DNA of 63,930 nt, counting the filler, from Thermodesulfobacteriota bacterium (GTDB lineage Bacteria; DASVDK01): the NCBI GenBank assembly GCA_036381125.1. It is 5 parts of 5 records of this genome, joined end to end, with 100 filler letters (N's around TTAATTAATTAA, not from the genome) between each part and the next. Parts side by side here need not be neighbours in the genome. Positions count along the whole stretch, not along the records: positions 1 to 24,819 come from DASVDK010000062.1; 4 more parts are not named here. One strand, 5' to 3'. Positions 8,626 to 19,492 of this stretch are shown here, one piece after another. The notes beneath the pieces are model-generated. The model was not told the DNA's origin and did no database searches. It saw only the letters and a list, made by a program, of their open reading frames with translations. Every line of letters starts with the position of its first letter. Positions within the stretch are counted from its first letter, which is position 1. The position numbers and the translations under genes were made by a program.

Positions 8626-9071
8626 CATTCGAGATCCCCGAACCGCTCAAGGTCGAGCACGAGGCGCTCCACGCCGACCTCGTCGAGGCGATCCGCGCAG
8701 GCGGCCGCGTCGGGGCGGCGGCGCAGGCGGTTGCCGACGTCCTCCATCCGCACTTCGTGCGCGAGGAGGAGATCGCCATGCCGCCGCTCGCGCTGCTCGA
8801 GCCGCTGGCCGCCGGCAGGGTGACGCCCGAGATGGCGAGCGCGCTCGAGATGACCGACGCCCTGAAGGCCGAGCTGCCGCGGATGCTCGCCGAGCACGGG
8901 CGGATCGTGAAGGCGCTCGAGGCCCTGGCCGACGCCGGCCGGGCCGAGGCCAGGCCCGAGATCGTGGCGTTCGCCGAGAAGCTGATGCTCCACGCGCAGG
9001 TCGAGGAGAAGGTCCTCTACCCGGCGTCCATCCTGGTCGGCGAGTACCTGAAGGCCAGGCTCGGCCGGTAA
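8622..9071 (+). CDS. Hemerythrin-like (HHE) domain protein
   Basis: ATGA overlap with the hlyD stop; EHEALH...HFVREE...EHGRI...HAQVEE gives the H..HxxxE..H..HxxxE di-iron pattern. Confidence 0.82.
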   Translation: MTFEIPEPLKVEHEALHADLVEAIRAGGRVGAAAQAVADVLHPHFVREEEIAMPPLALLEPLAAGRVTPEMASALEMTDALKAELPRMLAEHGRIVKALEALADAGRAEARPEIVAFAEKLMLHAQVEEKVLYPASILVGEYLKARLGR

Positions 9072-9073
9072 CC

Positions 9074-10027
9074 ATGAGCGAGCCGGCCATCGAGATCCGC
9101 GGGCTCACCCGCCGCTTCGGCTCGATCACGGCGGTCGACCGCCTGAGCCTCACCATCCCGAAGGGGGAGCTCTTCGGCCTGGTGGGCCCCGACGGCGCCG
9201 GCAAGACGACGATGCTGCGGATGCTGGCCGGCATCCTCGCGCCGACGGACGGTGACGCCCGGGTGGCCGGACGGTCGATCCGGACGGAGCCGGAGGCGGT
9301 CAAGGACCGCATCGCCTACATGTCGCAGCGCTTCGGCCTCTACGGGGACCTCACGGTGCTCGAGAACCTCCTGTTCTACGCCGACCTCTTCGAGGTCCCG
9401 GCGGGGGAGCGGCCGGCGAGGATCGAGCGGCTCCTCGGCTTCAGCAACCTCACGCCGTTCAAGGGCCGCCTCGCCGACACGCTCTCGGGCGGCATGAAGC
9501 AGAAGCTCGGGCTCGCCTGCGCCCTGATCCACACGCCGGAGATCGTCCTCCTCGACGAGCCGACCAACGGCGTCGACCCGGTGTCGCGGCGCGACTTCTG
9601 GCGGATCCTCTACGAGATGCTCAAGGAGGGGGTGACGATCGTCGTGACCACCGCGTACCTCGACGAGGCGGAGCGGTGCAACCGGGTCGGCCTCCTGCAC
9701 CAGGGTCGCCTCCTCGCCCTCGACACGCCCGACCGCGTGAAGGCGCTCGTGGCCGAGGAGATGGTCGAGATCCCGGTGGCCGACGCCTGGCGGGCGCGCC
9801 GGGTCCTCGAGGCCGTCCCCCAGGCGAGGGGGGTGAGTCTCTTCGGTCACCGCCTCCACGTGGCCCTGGGCGACGCGGAGCGCGACCTCCCGTCGGTCCT
9901 GGCCGCCCTCGAGGCCGAGGGCCTCGCGCCGCACGACGCTCGCCGCGTCGTCCCGTCGCTCGAGGACGTCTTCATCGCCATGGTGGAGCGGAGCCCCCAG
10001 GGAGCGCCCGATGGCCGCGCCGCCTGA
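9074..10027 (+). CDS. ABC transporter ATP-binding subunit (YbhF N-half-like)
   Basis: Walker A GPDGAGKT, LSGGM signature, LLDEPT. Confidence 0.93.
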   Translation: MSEPAIEIRGLTRRFGSITAVDRLSLTIPKGELFGLVGPDGAGKTTMLRMLAGILAPTDGDARVAGRSIRTEPEAVKDRIAYMSQRFGLYGDLTVLENLLFYADLFEVPAGERPARIERLLGFSNLTPFKGRLADTLSGGMKQKLGLACALIHTPEIVLLDEPTNGVDPVSRRDFWRILYEMLKEGVTIVVTTAYLDEAERCNRVGLLHQGRLLALDTPDRVKALVAEEMVEIPVADAWRARRVLEAVPQARGVSLFGHRLHVALGDAERDLPSVLAALEAEGLAPHDARRVVPSLEDVFIAMVERSPQGAPDGRAA

Positions 10028-10964
10028 CCTCGCCGTACGGGTCCGGGGCCTCGAGCGGCGCTTCGGCGACTTCGTGGCCGTGGACCGCGTTTCCTTCGAG
10101 GTCCCGTGGGGCGAAGTCTTCGGCTTCCTCGGCCCCAACGGCGCCGGCAAGTCGACCACCATCCGGATGCTGACCGGGCTCCTCGCGCCGACCGCCGGCG
10201 AGGGTGAGGTGGCCGGGTACGACGTCCGCACCGAGGGCGAGGCCATCAAGGCGCGGATCGGCTACATGTCCCAGAGGTTCTCGCTCTACGAGGACCTGAC
10301 CGTCGAGCAGAACCTCGACTTCTACGGCGGGATCTACCGCATCCCGAAGGCGAAGAAGGGGGCCCGCAAGACCTGGGCGGTGGAGATGGCCGGGCTGGCC
10401 GGCCGCGAGCGGACGCTCACGCGCGAGCTGGCCGGGGGCTGGCGGCAGCGGCTCGCGCTCGGCGCGGCGATCCTCCACGAGCCGAGGATCCTCTTCCTCG
10501 ACGAGCCGACGTCCGGCGTCGACCCGATCTCGCGCCGCGCCTTCTGGGACCTCATCCGGACGCTCGCCCGCGACGGCGTCACCGTCTTCGTCACGACCCA
10601 CTACATGGACGAGGCGGAGTACTGCGACCGGCTCGCGCTCATCTACCGGGGGCGAATGATCGCGCTCGGCACCCCCGACCAGCTCAAACGCGAACACATG
10701 CCCGAGGACGTGCTCGAGGTGGCCGTCGACCGCCCGGTCGAGGCGCTCGAGGCCCTCTCGCGCGAGCCGTCGGTCCGCGAGGCGGCCATCTTCGGGGCCC
10801 TGCTCCACGTGGTCGTCCCCGAGGCCGCCGCCGGCGTGCCGGTGGTCCGCTCGACGCTCGAGGGGGCCGGCCTGCGGGTCTCCCGGATCGAGCGGATCCT
10901 GCCCACCCTCGAGGACGTGTTCGTCTCGCTCATCGAGGCGGAGGACCGGAAGGAGGCTCGCTGA
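10011..10964 (+). CDS. ABC transporter ATP-binding subunit (YbhF C-half-like)
   Basis: GPNGAGKS, LAGGWRQR, FLDEPTSGVDP, TTHYMDEAE. Confidence 0.93.
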   Translation: MAAPPDLAVRVRGLERRFGDFVAVDRVSFEVPWGEVFGFLGPNGAGKSTTIRMLTGLLAPTAGEGEVAGYDVRTEGEAIKARIGYMSQRFSLYEDLTVEQNLDFYGGIYRIPKAKKGARKTWAVEMAGLAGRERTLTRELAGGWRQRLALGAAILHEPRILFLDEPTSGVDPISRRAFWDLIRTLARDGVTVFVTTHYMDEAEYCDRLALIYRGRMIALGTPDQLKREHMPEDVLEVAVDRPVEALEALSREPSVREAAIFGALLHVVVPEAAAGVPVVRSTLEGAGLRVSRIERILPTLEDVFVSLIEAEDRKEAR

Positions 10965-10965
10965 C

Positions 10966-12090
10966 GTGCGTCTCGCCCGCCTCTTCGCCGTGGCCCGCAA
11001 GGAGGTCATCCAGATCCGGCGCGACCCGCGCAGCCTGGCGATGGCGTTCGTCATCCCGATGATCCTCCTCTTCCTCTTCGGCTACGCGCTCACGCTCGAC
11101 GTCGACGACCTGACGACGATCGTCTACGACCAGGACCGCACGGCCGCGAGCCGGGAGTTCCTCGCCCGCTTCGAGGAGTCGGGCTACTTCAGGGTCGTGG
11201 CCCACGCGGAGGCCTACGGCGACCTCGAGCGCGCCATCGACGCCGGCCGCGCCCAGGTCGGCCTCGTCGTCCCCACGGGCTTCGCCCGCGACCTCGACCG
11301 GGACCGCCGCGTGCCGGTCCAGGCGATCCTCGACGGCAGCGACTCGAACACCGCCACCATCGCCATCGCCTACCTCGAGGGGATCGCGGGCCGCTACTCG
11401 GACGAGCTCGTCACGGCGAGGGTCGGCCTGGGCGCCCGGGAGCCGCCGGTCGAGAGCCGGCTGCGCGTCTGGTACAACCCGGAGATCGAGAGCAAGAACT
11501 ACATCGTGCCGGGCCTGATCGCCGTCATCATGATGGTGATCGCGGCCCTCCTCACCTCCCTCACGATCGCGCGGGAGTGGGAGCGCGGCACGATGGAGCA
11601 GCTCGTCGCCACCCCGGTCCGGGTCCCGGAGCTGGTCCTCGGCAAGCTCCTCCCCTACTTCGGCATCGGCCTCGTCGACGTGGCGCTGGCGGTCCTGGCG
11701 AGCACCCTCGTCTTCCGCGTCCCCCTCCGCGGGAACGTCGTGCTGCTCCTCGGCCTCTCGCTCGTCTTCCTCCTCGGGGCCCTGAGCCTGGGCCTCCTGA
11801 TCTCGATCCGGGCGAAGTCGCAGCTCGTGGCGAGCCAGGTCGCCATGGTGGTCACGTTCCTCCCCTCGTTCCTCCTGTCGGGGTTCATGTACGACATCGG
11901 CAACATGCCGGGCTGGCTGCAGACCGTCACCTACGCGTTCCCGGCCCGGTACTTCGTGACGATCCTCAAGGGCATCTACCTGAAAGGGGTCGGTCCGCCG
12001 GCGCTGGTCGTGGAGGCCGCGTTCCTCGCGCTCTTCGCCCTCGCCGTGACGGCCGCCGCGCTCCGGGCGTTCCGCAAGAACCTCGAATGA
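10966..12090 (+). CDS. ABC-2 type permease (YbhS-like)
   Basis: RKEVIQIRRDPR, WYNPE, AREWERGTMEQL; multiple TM helices. Confidence 0.92.
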   Translation: MRLARLFAVARKEVIQIRRDPRSLAMAFVIPMILLFLFGYALTLDVDDLTTIVYDQDRTAASREFLARFEESGYFRVVAHAEAYGDLERAIDAGRAQVGLVVPTGFARDLDRDRRVPVQAILDGSDSNTATIAIAYLEGIAGRYSDELVTARVGLGAREPPVESRLRVWYNPEIESKNYIVPGLIAVIMMVIAALLTSLTIAREWERGTMEQLVATPVRVPELVLGKLLPYFGIGLVDVALAVLASTLVFRVPLRGNVVLLLGLSLVFLLGALSLGLLISIRAKSQLVASQVAMVVTFLPSFLLSGFMYDIGNMPGWLQTVTYAFPARYFVTILKGIYLKGVGPPALVVEAAFLALFALAVTAAALRAFRKNLE

Positions 12091-12106
12091 CGGAAGGGGG
12101 CCGACC

Positions 12107-12967
12107 GTGACCGGGACGACAGACCTCCGGGGCATCAAGCTCGCTCTCGCGACCTACGTCGTCGTCTTCGTGATGAAGCTCGCCGTGTACTTCATGTCCG
12201 GAGTCATGGCGCTCCTCGCCGAAGCGTTCCACACCCTGAGCGACGTCCTGATCTCGGGCTTCCTCCTCCTGGCGGCCAGGTGGTCGCGCAAGGCGCCCGA
12301 TCAGGTGCACATGTTCGGCTACGGACGGGCGCAGAACGTGGCGGCCCTGGTGGCAGCGACCCTCTTCATCTCCTTCACGAGCCTTCGGCTCTACGAGGAG
12401 GCGATCCCCAGGCTCTTCAGGCCCGAGGCGGCCGCCTACGAGAACCTCCCGCTCGCCGTCGGCGTGCTCGTCGTCTCGATGCTGATCGCCGCCGCGCCGC
12501 TGGTCGTGCTCCTCAGGCAACGCGCGCGGGGCGCGGCCGCCAGGGCTCAGCTCATGGAGCTCGTGAACGACGAGCTGGGCCTCGTGGCCGCGCTCGTCGG
12601 GACCCTCTTCGTCATCCGGGGACAGCCGCTCGCCGACCCGATCGCCACCCTGGTCGTCGCCACGATCATCGCGGCGAACGCCGTCGGGCTCTTCAAGGAC
12701 AACCTCCGCGTCCTGATCGGGCGGTCGCCGGGGCCGGAGTACCTGGCGAAGGTCGAGAGAGCCGCTCGGTCGGTCGACGGGGTCGAGGGCGTCCGGGACC
12801 TCAAGGCCGAGTACGTCGGGCCCGACGAGGTCCACGCCGGCATGCGCATCGGCGTGCGGCGGGGCGTCCCGGTCGAGGAGGCCGGCCGCATCGTGGCGGA
12901 GGTGCGGCGGCGCGTGCAGGACGAGGTCGACTGCCGCCACTGCTTCGTCGAGCTGGACGTGGCGTAG
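12107..12967 (+). CDS. Cation diffusion facilitator (CDF) family transporter
   Basis: AEAFHTLSD, PDQVHMFGYGRA and ADPIA motifs; C-terminal ZT_dimer-like domain. Confidence 0.88.
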   Translation: MTGTTDLRGIKLALATYVVVFVMKLAVYFMSGVMALLAEAFHTLSDVLISGFLLLAARWSRKAPDQVHMFGYGRAQNVAALVAATLFISFTSLRLYEEAIPRLFRPEAAAYENLPLAVGVLVVSMLIAAAPLVVLLRQRARGAAARAQLMELVNDELGLVAALVGTLFVIRGQPLADPIATLVVATIIAANAVGLFKDNLRVLIGRSPGPEYLAKVERAARSVDGVEGVRDLKAEYVGPDEVHAGMRIGVRRGVPVEEAGRIVAEVRRRVQDEVDCRHCFVELDVA

Positions 12968-12978
12968 GGGTCCGGACG

Positions 12979-14133
12979 ATGTGGGAACGCGTGAAGCACA
13001 TGCTGATCAAGGAGTTCATCCAGATCCTCAGGGACCCGCGGATGAAGGCGGTCATCTTCGTGACGCCCGTCCTCCAGCTCCTCGTCTTCGGCTACGCGGT
13101 GACGACCGACGTGACGGAGATCCCGACGGCCGTCGCGGACCTCGACCGCAGCCAGCAGACGCGGGAGATCGTCCGGCGCTTCGAGTCCTCCGGATACTTC
13201 AGGGTCGTCCGCCGGGTCGCCGACGCGCGCGACCTCCGGGCCCTCCTCGACCGGGGGACCGTGAAGGCGGCGCTCCAGTTCGACCCCGGCTTCACGACCG
13301 ACCTGCAGCGGGGCCGCACGGCGAGCCTCCAGATCCTCGTCGACGGCACCGACTCGAACACGGCCAGCGTCGTCATGGACTACGCGAACCGGATCGTCGC
13401 CCGCTACAATCAGGACGCCGCGCCCGCCGCCCGGGCCGCGGCGCGTCTGGCGGTCGGCACCGCGCCCGGTCCCGAACGGACGGCCCTCCCGAGCGTCGAC
13501 CTCCGGACGCGGGCCTGGTACAACCCCGACCTCGAGAGCCGCAACTACAATGTCCCGGCGGTGATCGCCATCATCGTCATGCTGACCTCGCTCCTCCTCA
13601 CGTCGATGGCCATCGTGCGCGAGCGCGAGATCGGCACGATGGAGCAGCTCATGGTCACGCCCATACGGCCGGCCGATCTGATCCTCGGCAAGACCCTGCC
13701 GTTCGCGCTCATCGGCTTCTTCGACGTCGCGCTGATCACGGCGGTCGCCGTCCTCTGGTTCGCGGTGCCGATCGCGGGAAGCCTCCTCCTGCTCCTCGGC
13801 GCGACGGCGCTGTACCTCGCCTCGACGCTCGGGATCGGCCTCTTCATCTCGACCGTCTCGAGGACGCAGCAGCAGGCGCTCATGTCGACGTTCTTCGTCT
13901 ACCTGCCGGCGGTCCTCCTCTCGGGCTTCATGTTCCCCATCGCCAACATGCCGCCGGCGATCCAGTACCTGACCTACGTGAACCCGCTCCGGTACTTCCT
14001 CGTGATCATCCGGGGGATCTTCCTCAAGGGGAACGGCCCGGACGTCCTCTGGCCGCAGATGCTGGCGCTCTCCGTCCTCGGCGTCATCGTCCTCACGGCC
14101 AGCACGCTGAGGTTTCGGAAGCGGCTCGATTGA
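12979..14133 (+). CDS. ABC-2 type permease (YbhR-like)
   Basis: MWERVKHMLIKEFIQILRDPR, WYNPDL, REREIGTMEQL, NPLRYF. Confidence 0.92.
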   Translation: MWERVKHMLIKEFIQILRDPRMKAVIFVTPVLQLLVFGYAVTTDVTEIPTAVADLDRSQQTREIVRRFESSGYFRVVRRVADARDLRALLDRGTVKAALQFDPGFTTDLQRGRTASLQILVDGTDSNTASVVMDYANRIVARYNQDAAPAARAAARLAVGTAPGPERTALPSVDLRTRAWYNPDLESRNYNVPAVIAIIVMLTSLLLTSMAIVREREIGTMEQLMVTPIRPADLILGKTLPFALIGFFDVALITAVAVLWFAVPIAGSLLLLLGATALYLASTLGIGLFISTVSRTQQQALMSTFFVYLPAVLLSGFMFPIANMPPAIQYLTYVNPLRYFLVIIRGIFLKGNGPDVLWPQMLALSVLGVIVLTASTLRFRKRLD

Positions 14134-14149
14134 GAAGGAGAGTCGATTC

Positions 14150-14638
14150 GTGACGAAGACGAGATCCACGAGGCGTGCACGGGCCGCCGTCGCCGCGGCC
14201 CTGACCGTGATCACCGTCGGTTTCGCCGCCGGGTCCCCGAACCTCGGCAGGGCCGACACCCCGAGTCCCGCCGACACCCGGCAGCGGCTCGCGCTGCCGG
14301 CCGGGCCGCGCGACCAGGTGCTCGCCGAGATGCGGCACATGCTGGAATCGGTGAACGGTATTCTCGGGGGCCTCGCCGACGGCGACATGCGCGCCGTCGA
14401 GAAGGCCGCGCGCGCGTCCGGCATGGCGGCGGCCGGCAACGTGAACCCCCAGATACGGCAACGCCTGCCCCAGGCCTTCCTCAAGCTCGGGATGGGGACC
14501 CACAAGGCGTTCGATGCGCTCGCCGACACGATGGCGGCCGGCGGGACCCGGGAGGACGCGCTGAGGGGCCTCACGGAGATCACGTCGAGGTGCGTGTCGT
14601 GTCACGCGACGTACCGGCTCGACGAAGCGCCGCACTAG
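14150..14638 (+). CDS. Class II cytochrome c (cytochrome c'-like)
   Basis: AAGGAG SD; signal peptide; helical protein with a single C-terminal CVSCHATYR. Confidence 0.8.
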   Translation: MTKTRSTRRARAAVAAALTVITVGFAAGSPNLGRADTPSPADTRQRLALPAGPRDQVLAEMRHMLESVNGILGGLADGDMRAVEKAARASGMAAAGNVNPQIRQRLPQAFLKLGMGTHKAFDALADTMAAGGTREDALRGLTEITSRCVSCHATYRLDEAPH

Positions 14639-14771
14639 GGTTCACCGACCGGGCGTAACGGGGGTCGTCCCCGTGCGGATCCGGTCGCAGGCCCCGGGCC
14701 GCTCCCCCCTCCTTTCGAACCCGCCCGCCGTGTAAGCCGGCTGGAAGGCCGGCCGGCGATCCTCCCTCGCG

Positions 14772-14981
14772 ATGAATCGAGCAGGCCCGAAGCGCCCGGG
14801 TGCCGGCGAGCCGGTCTCCTTCGTCATCGTGCTCTGGCTCGAGCCGGGGCGGCGAGGGGCGAAGCCGGAGTGGCGCTGGCGCGTGCGGCAGGCGCAGACC
14901 GGTGAGGAGGGCTGCTTCCGGCGCCTCGACGACGTGCTCGCGTACGTCAAGAGCCGGGCGGGCGTCCCGGCACCGGCCTGA
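14772..14981 (+). CDS. Small conserved-looking hypothetical protein
   Basis: 69 aa with SFVIVLWLE...[12 protein letters not shown]...F..LDDVLAYV pattern; fills the gap before the cytochrome gene. Confidence 0.6.
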   Translation: MNRAGPKRPGAGEPVSFVIVLWLEPGRRGAKPEWRWRVRQAQTGEEGCFRRLDDVLAYVKSRAGVPAPA

Positions 14982-15014
14982 CGGCGGCGAGCCGAGGGGG
15001 AAGCGAGGGATCGG

Positions 15015-15842
15015 ATGGTACGGCGACGTTCTCGCGCATGGGTGCTCGGACTCGTCCTGGCCGGTGGGTTCGTACCGGCCCTCGCGGCGTGGGCGGCGCC
15101 CTCGCCGGCGGACGGCGAGCGGCTCTTCCAGGAGCGCTGCGCCGCCTGCCACACCATCGGCAAGGGGGACCTCGTCGGCCCGGACCTCCAGGGGATCACC
15201 GCCCGCCGCGACCGGGACTGGCTCGTCCGGTGGATCGTCGCGCCCGACCGGATGCTGGCGGCGGGCGACCCGATCGCCACGGCCAGCCTCGCGAAGTACG
15301 GCGTCCCGATGCCCAACCTCGGGGTGACCGAGGCCGAGGCGGCGGCCCTCGTGGGCTATCTCGGCGCGCAGGCGGGCCCCGCCCCCGCGCCGCAGCCGGC
15401 GCGGGCGGTCGCACTCCCGCCGGGCGACCCGGCGGCCGGCAAGGACCTCTTCACCGGAGCCGCACGGCTCGCCGGCGGCGGCCCCCCGTGCATGGCCTGC
15501 CACAGCGTCGCCGGCATCGGCGCGCTCGGCGGCGGCGCGCTGGGGCCCGACCTCACGCCGGCCTACGCGAAGTTCGGGGCGAGCGGAATCGCCTCGATCC
15601 TCGCGACGATGCCCTTCCCCACCATGGCGCCGATCTTCACGACGCAGCCGCTCACCGCGCGGGAGCAGGCCGACCTCGCCGCGTTCCTGGAGCAGACGGC
15701 GGTGATGCAGCGGCCGCCGCAGGCGGTCGGCGCGCTCGCCGCGCTCGCGGGCGCCGGGGCGGTGCTCCTCCTGGCGCTGGCCAACCTGCTCTGGCGCCAC
15801 CGACTCACCGGCGTGCGGCGGTCGCTGGTCAACCGGGGGTAA
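15015..15842 (+). CDS. Membrane-anchored diheme cytochrome c (NarC-like)
   Basis: Signal peptide, CAACH and CMACH each followed by GPDL and a distal Met, C-terminal TM helix; 5 bp upstream of narG. Confidence 0.88.
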   Translation: MVRRRSRAWVLGLVLAGGFVPALAAWAAPSPADGERLFQERCAACHTIGKGDLVGPDLQGITARRDRDWLVRWIVAPDRMLAAGDPIATASLAKYGVPMPNLGVTEAEAAALVGYLGAQAGPAPAPQPARAVALPPGDPAAGKDLFTGAARLAGGGPPCMACHSVAGIGALGGGALGPDLTPAYAKFGASGIASILATMPFPTMAPIFTTQPLTAREQADLAAFLEQTAVMQRPPQAVGALAALAGAGAVLLLALANLLWRHRLTGVRRSLVNRG

Positions 15843-15847
15843 CCGAC

Positions 15848-18800
15848 ATGGGCTGGATCCAGGACCTCGTCAGGCCGAAGGCGCGCCAGTGGGAGGAGTT
15901 CTACCGGAACCGCTGGCAGCACGACAACGTCGTCCGCAGCACCCACGGGGTCAACTGCACGGGCGGCTGCTCGTGGGCCGTGTTCGTGAAGGACGGCATC
16001 GTCACATGGGAGATGCAGCAGACCGACTACCCGATGCTCGAGCCGGGCCTGCCGCCCTACGAGCCGCGCGGCTGCCAGCGGGGCATCTCGGCCTCCTGGT
16101 ACGTCTACAGCCCGATCCGCGTGAAGTACCCGTACGTCCGCGGTGCGCTCATGGACCTCTGGCGCGAGGCGCGCGGGCGGCACGCGAACCCGGTGGAGGC
16201 GTGGGGCTCGATCGTCGGCGATCCCGAGAAGCGGGCCCGCTACCAGCGCGCGCGGGGCAAGGGCGGCTTTCGCCGCGCGCGCTGGGACGAGGTCCTCGAG
16301 CTCGTCGCCGCCGCCTGCCTGCACACGGCGAAGCGCTGGGGGCCCGACCGCGTGTTCGGCTTCTCCCCCATCCCCGCGATGTCGTACCTCTCGTACGCCG
16401 GCGGCTCGCGCTTCCTGCAGCTCTTCGGCGGCGTGAACATGAGCTTCTACGACTGGTACGCCGACCTCCCGAACGCCTTCCCCGAGATCTGGGGCGACCA
16501 GACCGACGTCTGCGAGAGCGCCGACTGGTTCAACGCCAGGTACATCGTGTCGATGGGCTCGAACCTCAACATGACGCGCACGCCGGACGTGCACTTCATC
16601 TCCGAGGCGCGCCACGAGGGGGCCAAGTTCGTCGTCATCGCCCCCGACTTCAGCCAGGTGGCCAAGTACGCCGACTGGTGGATCCCCGTGCGCGCCGGCC
16701 AGGACACGGCGCTCTGGATGGCGGTGAACCACGTCATCCTCACCGAGTTCCACGCCGCCCGTGAGGTCCCCTACTTCACCGACTACCTGCGGCGCTACAC
16801 GGACGCCCCGTTCCTCGTCGAGCTGGTCAGGGGCGACGGCGGCTACGTGCCGGGGCAGTTCCTGCGCGCCGGGCGGCTCGCCCGGTACCGGAACACGGAA
16901 CTCGGCGACTGGAAGCTCCTCGTCCACGACGCGGCGAGCGGCGAGCCCCGGATGCCGAAGGGGGCGGTCGGGTTCCGGTGGGGCCGCGAGACGGGTAAGT
17001 GGAACCTCGAGATGAAGGACGGCCTCGACAACGCGCCGATCGAGCCGGTCCTGACGTTCCTCGGCCGCGAGGAGGGCGTCCTCGAGGTCGGCTTCCACGA
17101 CTTCGCCGGCGGTCGGATGGTGTCGCGCGGCGTGCCGGTGCGGTACGTCGAGACCGCCGAGGGGCGCGTCCCGGTCACCACGGTCTTCGACCTCCTCATG
17201 GCGCAGTTCGGCGTCGGCCGCGGCCTCGCCGGCGCCTACCCGACCGGCTACGACGACGACGCCCCCTACACGCCCGCGTGGCAGGAGCGGTTCACCGGGA
17301 TCGGCCGCGAGACCGTCATCCGGCTCGCGCGCGAGTTCGCCGGCAACGCCGAGGCGACCCGCGGCCGCTCCATGATCATCGTCGGCGCGAGCATCAACCA
17401 CTGGTACAACAACAACCTCGCCTATCGCGCCCCCATCACGGCCCTGATCCTCACCGGCTGCTGCGGCCGCAACGGCGGCGGGATGAACCACTACGTCGGC
17501 CAGGAGAAGCTGACCCTCGTGGCGCCCTGGACGACGCTCGCCTTCGCCCTCGACTGGGTGAGGCCGCCGCGCCGGCAGCAGTCGCCCCTCTGGCACTACC
17601 TCCACAGCGACCAGTGGCGCTACGAGGGGGACTTCACCGAGTACGCCGCGGTCCCGCCCGGCGCGCGCTGGGCGAAGGGCCACGCGGCCGACCTGGCCGC
17701 CAGGGCGGTGCGCCTCGGGTGGATGCCCTTCTACCCGCAGTTCGACCGCAACCCGCTCGACCTCGCGCGGGAGGCGGAGGCGGCCGGCGCCGCGACCGGG
17801 GAGGCCGCGGCGCGCTGGACGGTCGAGCAGATCCGGAGCCGCCGGCTCCGCTTCGCCGTGGACGACCCGGACGCCGAGGCGAACTGGCCGCGCGTCTGGC
17901 TCATCTGGCGCGGCAACGCGATCATGTCGAGCGCGAAGGGGCACGAGTTCTTCCTGCGCCACTACCTCGGGACGCACGACAACAGCGTCGCCGAGGAGCA
18001 CGCCAGGGGCCGCACCCGGACGGTCACGTTCCGGGAGCCGGCGCCCCGGGGCAAGATGGACCTCGTGGTCGACGTGAACTTCCGCATGGACACGTCGGCG
18101 CTCTACTCCGACGTCGTCCTGCCGACCGCGATGTGGTACGAGAAGAACGACCTCAACACGACCGACCTGCACTCCTTCATCCATCCGCTCGGCGCCGCCG
18201 TGCCGCCGGTCTGGGAGGCGAAGAGCGACTGGGAGATCTTCAAGGCGCTCGCCCGCACGGTGAGCGACCTCGCGCCGCTCGTCTTCCCGAAGCCGGTCCG
18301 CGACCTGGTCGCCACGCCGCTCATGCACGACACGCCCGACGAGGTCGCCCAGCCCGCGGTGCTCGACTGGGCGGCCGGCGAGTGCGAGCCGGTCCCGGGC
18401 GCGACGATGCCGCACATCCGGGTCGTCGAGCGGGACTACGTCAACCTCTACAACCGCTTCGTCTCGTTCGGCCCGAACGCGCGCGAGGACGGCCTCGACG
18501 GCAACGGCGTCCACGTCCCGATCGAGCGGTTCTACGACGAGCTGCTCGAGAACCCGGTCGGCGGCACTCCCGATCCGCGGCACCTGCGCTGCGTCGCCTG
18601 GGGCGGCCGCAAGTACCCGTCCCTGGAGGACGCCCTCGACGCCGCGAACCTGCTGCTCCACCTGTCGCCGGAGACCAACGGCGAGGTCGCGTACGAGGCC
18701 TTCCGGCACGAGGAGGCGCGCGTCGGCCTGCCGCTCGCCGACCTGGCGGAGAAGGTGCGCGGCGTGCGCATGAGCTTCGGCGACCTCACCCGGCAGCCGA

Positions 18801-19492
18801 GGCGCACGCTGATCAGCCCCTGCTGGACCGGCATGGTCAACGACGGCCGCGCCTACGCCGCCTGGTGCATCAACGTCGAGCGGCTCGTCCCCTGGCGGAC
18901 GCTCTCGGGGCGGCAGCACCTCTACGTCGATCACCCCCACTACCTCGACTTCGGCGAGCACCTGCCGACCTTCAAGGCGAAGCTCGACCCGCGGCGGACG
19001 GGCGACATCGTCCTGAGCCCCAACGGCGACGGCTGCCTCGTGCTGAACTACATCACGCCGCACGGCAAGTGGCACATCCACTCGACCTACTACGACAACC
19101 ACCGGATGCTCACGCTCTCGCGGGGAATCGAGCCCTGCTGGATCAACGACCGCGACGCCGAGCGGATCGGCATCAGGGACAACGACTGGGTCGAGGTCTA
19201 CAACGACAACGGCGTCATGGTGACCCGGGCGGCGGTGAGCGCCAGGGTCCAGCCCGGCACCTGCATGGTCTACCACTCGCCCGAGCGGACCATCTCCATC
19301 CCGAAGTCGCAGGTCCGCGGGGGGCGGCGGGGCGGCGGGCACAACAGCCTCACGCGCACCCGGATCAACCCGGTCCAGCTCGCCGGCGGTTATGCCCAGT
19401 TCACCTACGGCTTCAACTACTGGGGGCCGATCGGCATCTTCACCCGGGACACGTACGTGGTGGTCCGACGGCTCGAGCGGCTCGAATGGTGA
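15848..19492 (+). CDS. narG: Nitrate reductase / nitrite oxidoreductase alpha subunit (cytoplasm-facing NarG/NxrA, 1214 aa)
   Basis: [10 protein letters not shown]...RGCQRG FS0 motif, [10 protein letters not shown] Mo-ligand region, [26 protein letters not shown]; no Tat signal. Confidence 0.96.
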   Translation: MGWIQDLVRPKARQWEEFYRNRWQHDNVVRSTHGVNCTGGCSWAVFVKDGIVTWEMQQTDYPMLEPGLPPYEPRGCQRGISASWYVYSPIRVKYPYVRGALMDLWREARGRHANPVEAWGSIVGDPEKRARYQRARGKGGFRRARWDEVLELVAAACLHTAKRWGPDRVFGFSPIPAMSYLSYAGGSRFLQLFGGVNMSFYDWYADLPNAFPEIWGDQTDVCESADWFNARYIVSMGSNLNMTRTPDVHFISEARHEGAKFVVIAPDFSQVAKYADWWIPVRAGQDTALWMAVNHVILTEFHAAREVPYFTDYLRRYTDAPFLVELVRGDGGYVPGQFLRAGRLARYRNTELGDWKLLVHDAASGEPRMPKGAVGFRWGRETGKWNLEMKDGLDNAPIEPVLTFLGREEGVLEVGFHDFAGGRMVSRGVPVRYVETAEGRVPVTTVFDLLMAQFGVGRGLAGAYPTGYDDDAPYTPAWQERFTGIGRETVIRLAREFAGNAEATRGRSMIIVGASINHWYNNNLAYRAPITALILTGCCGRNGGGMNHYVGQEKLTLVAPWTTLAFALDWVRPPRRQQSPLWHYLHSDQWRYEGDFTEYAAVPPGARWAKGHAADLAARAVRLGWMPFYPQFDRNPLDLAREAEAAGAATGEAAARWTVEQIRSRRLRFAVDDPDAEANWPRVWLIWRGNAIMSSAKGHEFFLRHYLGTHDNSVAEEHARGRTRTVTFREPAPRGKMDLVVDVNFRMDTSALYSDVVLPTAMWYEKNDLNTTDLHSFIHPLGAAVPPVWEAKSDWEIFKALARTVSDLAPLVFPKPVRDLVATPLMHDTPDEVAQPAVLDWAAGECEPVPGATMPHIRVVERDYVNLYNRFVSFGPNAREDGLDGNGVHVPIERFYDELLENPVGGTPDPRHLRCVAWGGRKYPSLEDALDAANLLLHLSPETNGEVAYEAFRHEEARVGLPLADLAEKVRGVRMSFGDLTRQPRRTLISPCWTGMVNDGRAYAAWCINVERLVPWRTLSGRQHLYVDHPHYLDFGEHLPTFKAKLDPRRTGDIVLSPNGDGCLVLNYITPHGKWHIHSTYYDNHRMLTLSRGIEPCWINDRDAERIGIRDNDWVEVYNDNGVMVTRAAVSARVQPGTCMVYHSPERTISIPKSQVRGGRRGGGHNSLTRTRINPVQLAGGYAQFTYGFNYWGPIGIFTRDTYVVVRRLERLEW

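Noticed and set aside
14639-15014. Canonical FNR box (TTGAT-N4-ATCAA) upstream of the nar operon
   Set aside because: Not present in the sequence.
15848-16000. Periplasmic (Nitrospira/anammox-type) NXR or perchlorate reductase
   Set aside because: No twin-arginine signal, and NarI/NarJ/NarK partners indicate a cytoplasm-facing enzyme.
15563-19342. Very long antisense and alternate-frame ORFs (e.g. 1259 aa opposite narG; 33603-36473; 48040-50790)
   Set aside because: Shadow ORFs expected in very GC-rich DNA with strong GC3 bias; Arg/Pro/Ala-rich, no motifs, and overlapping well-supported genes.
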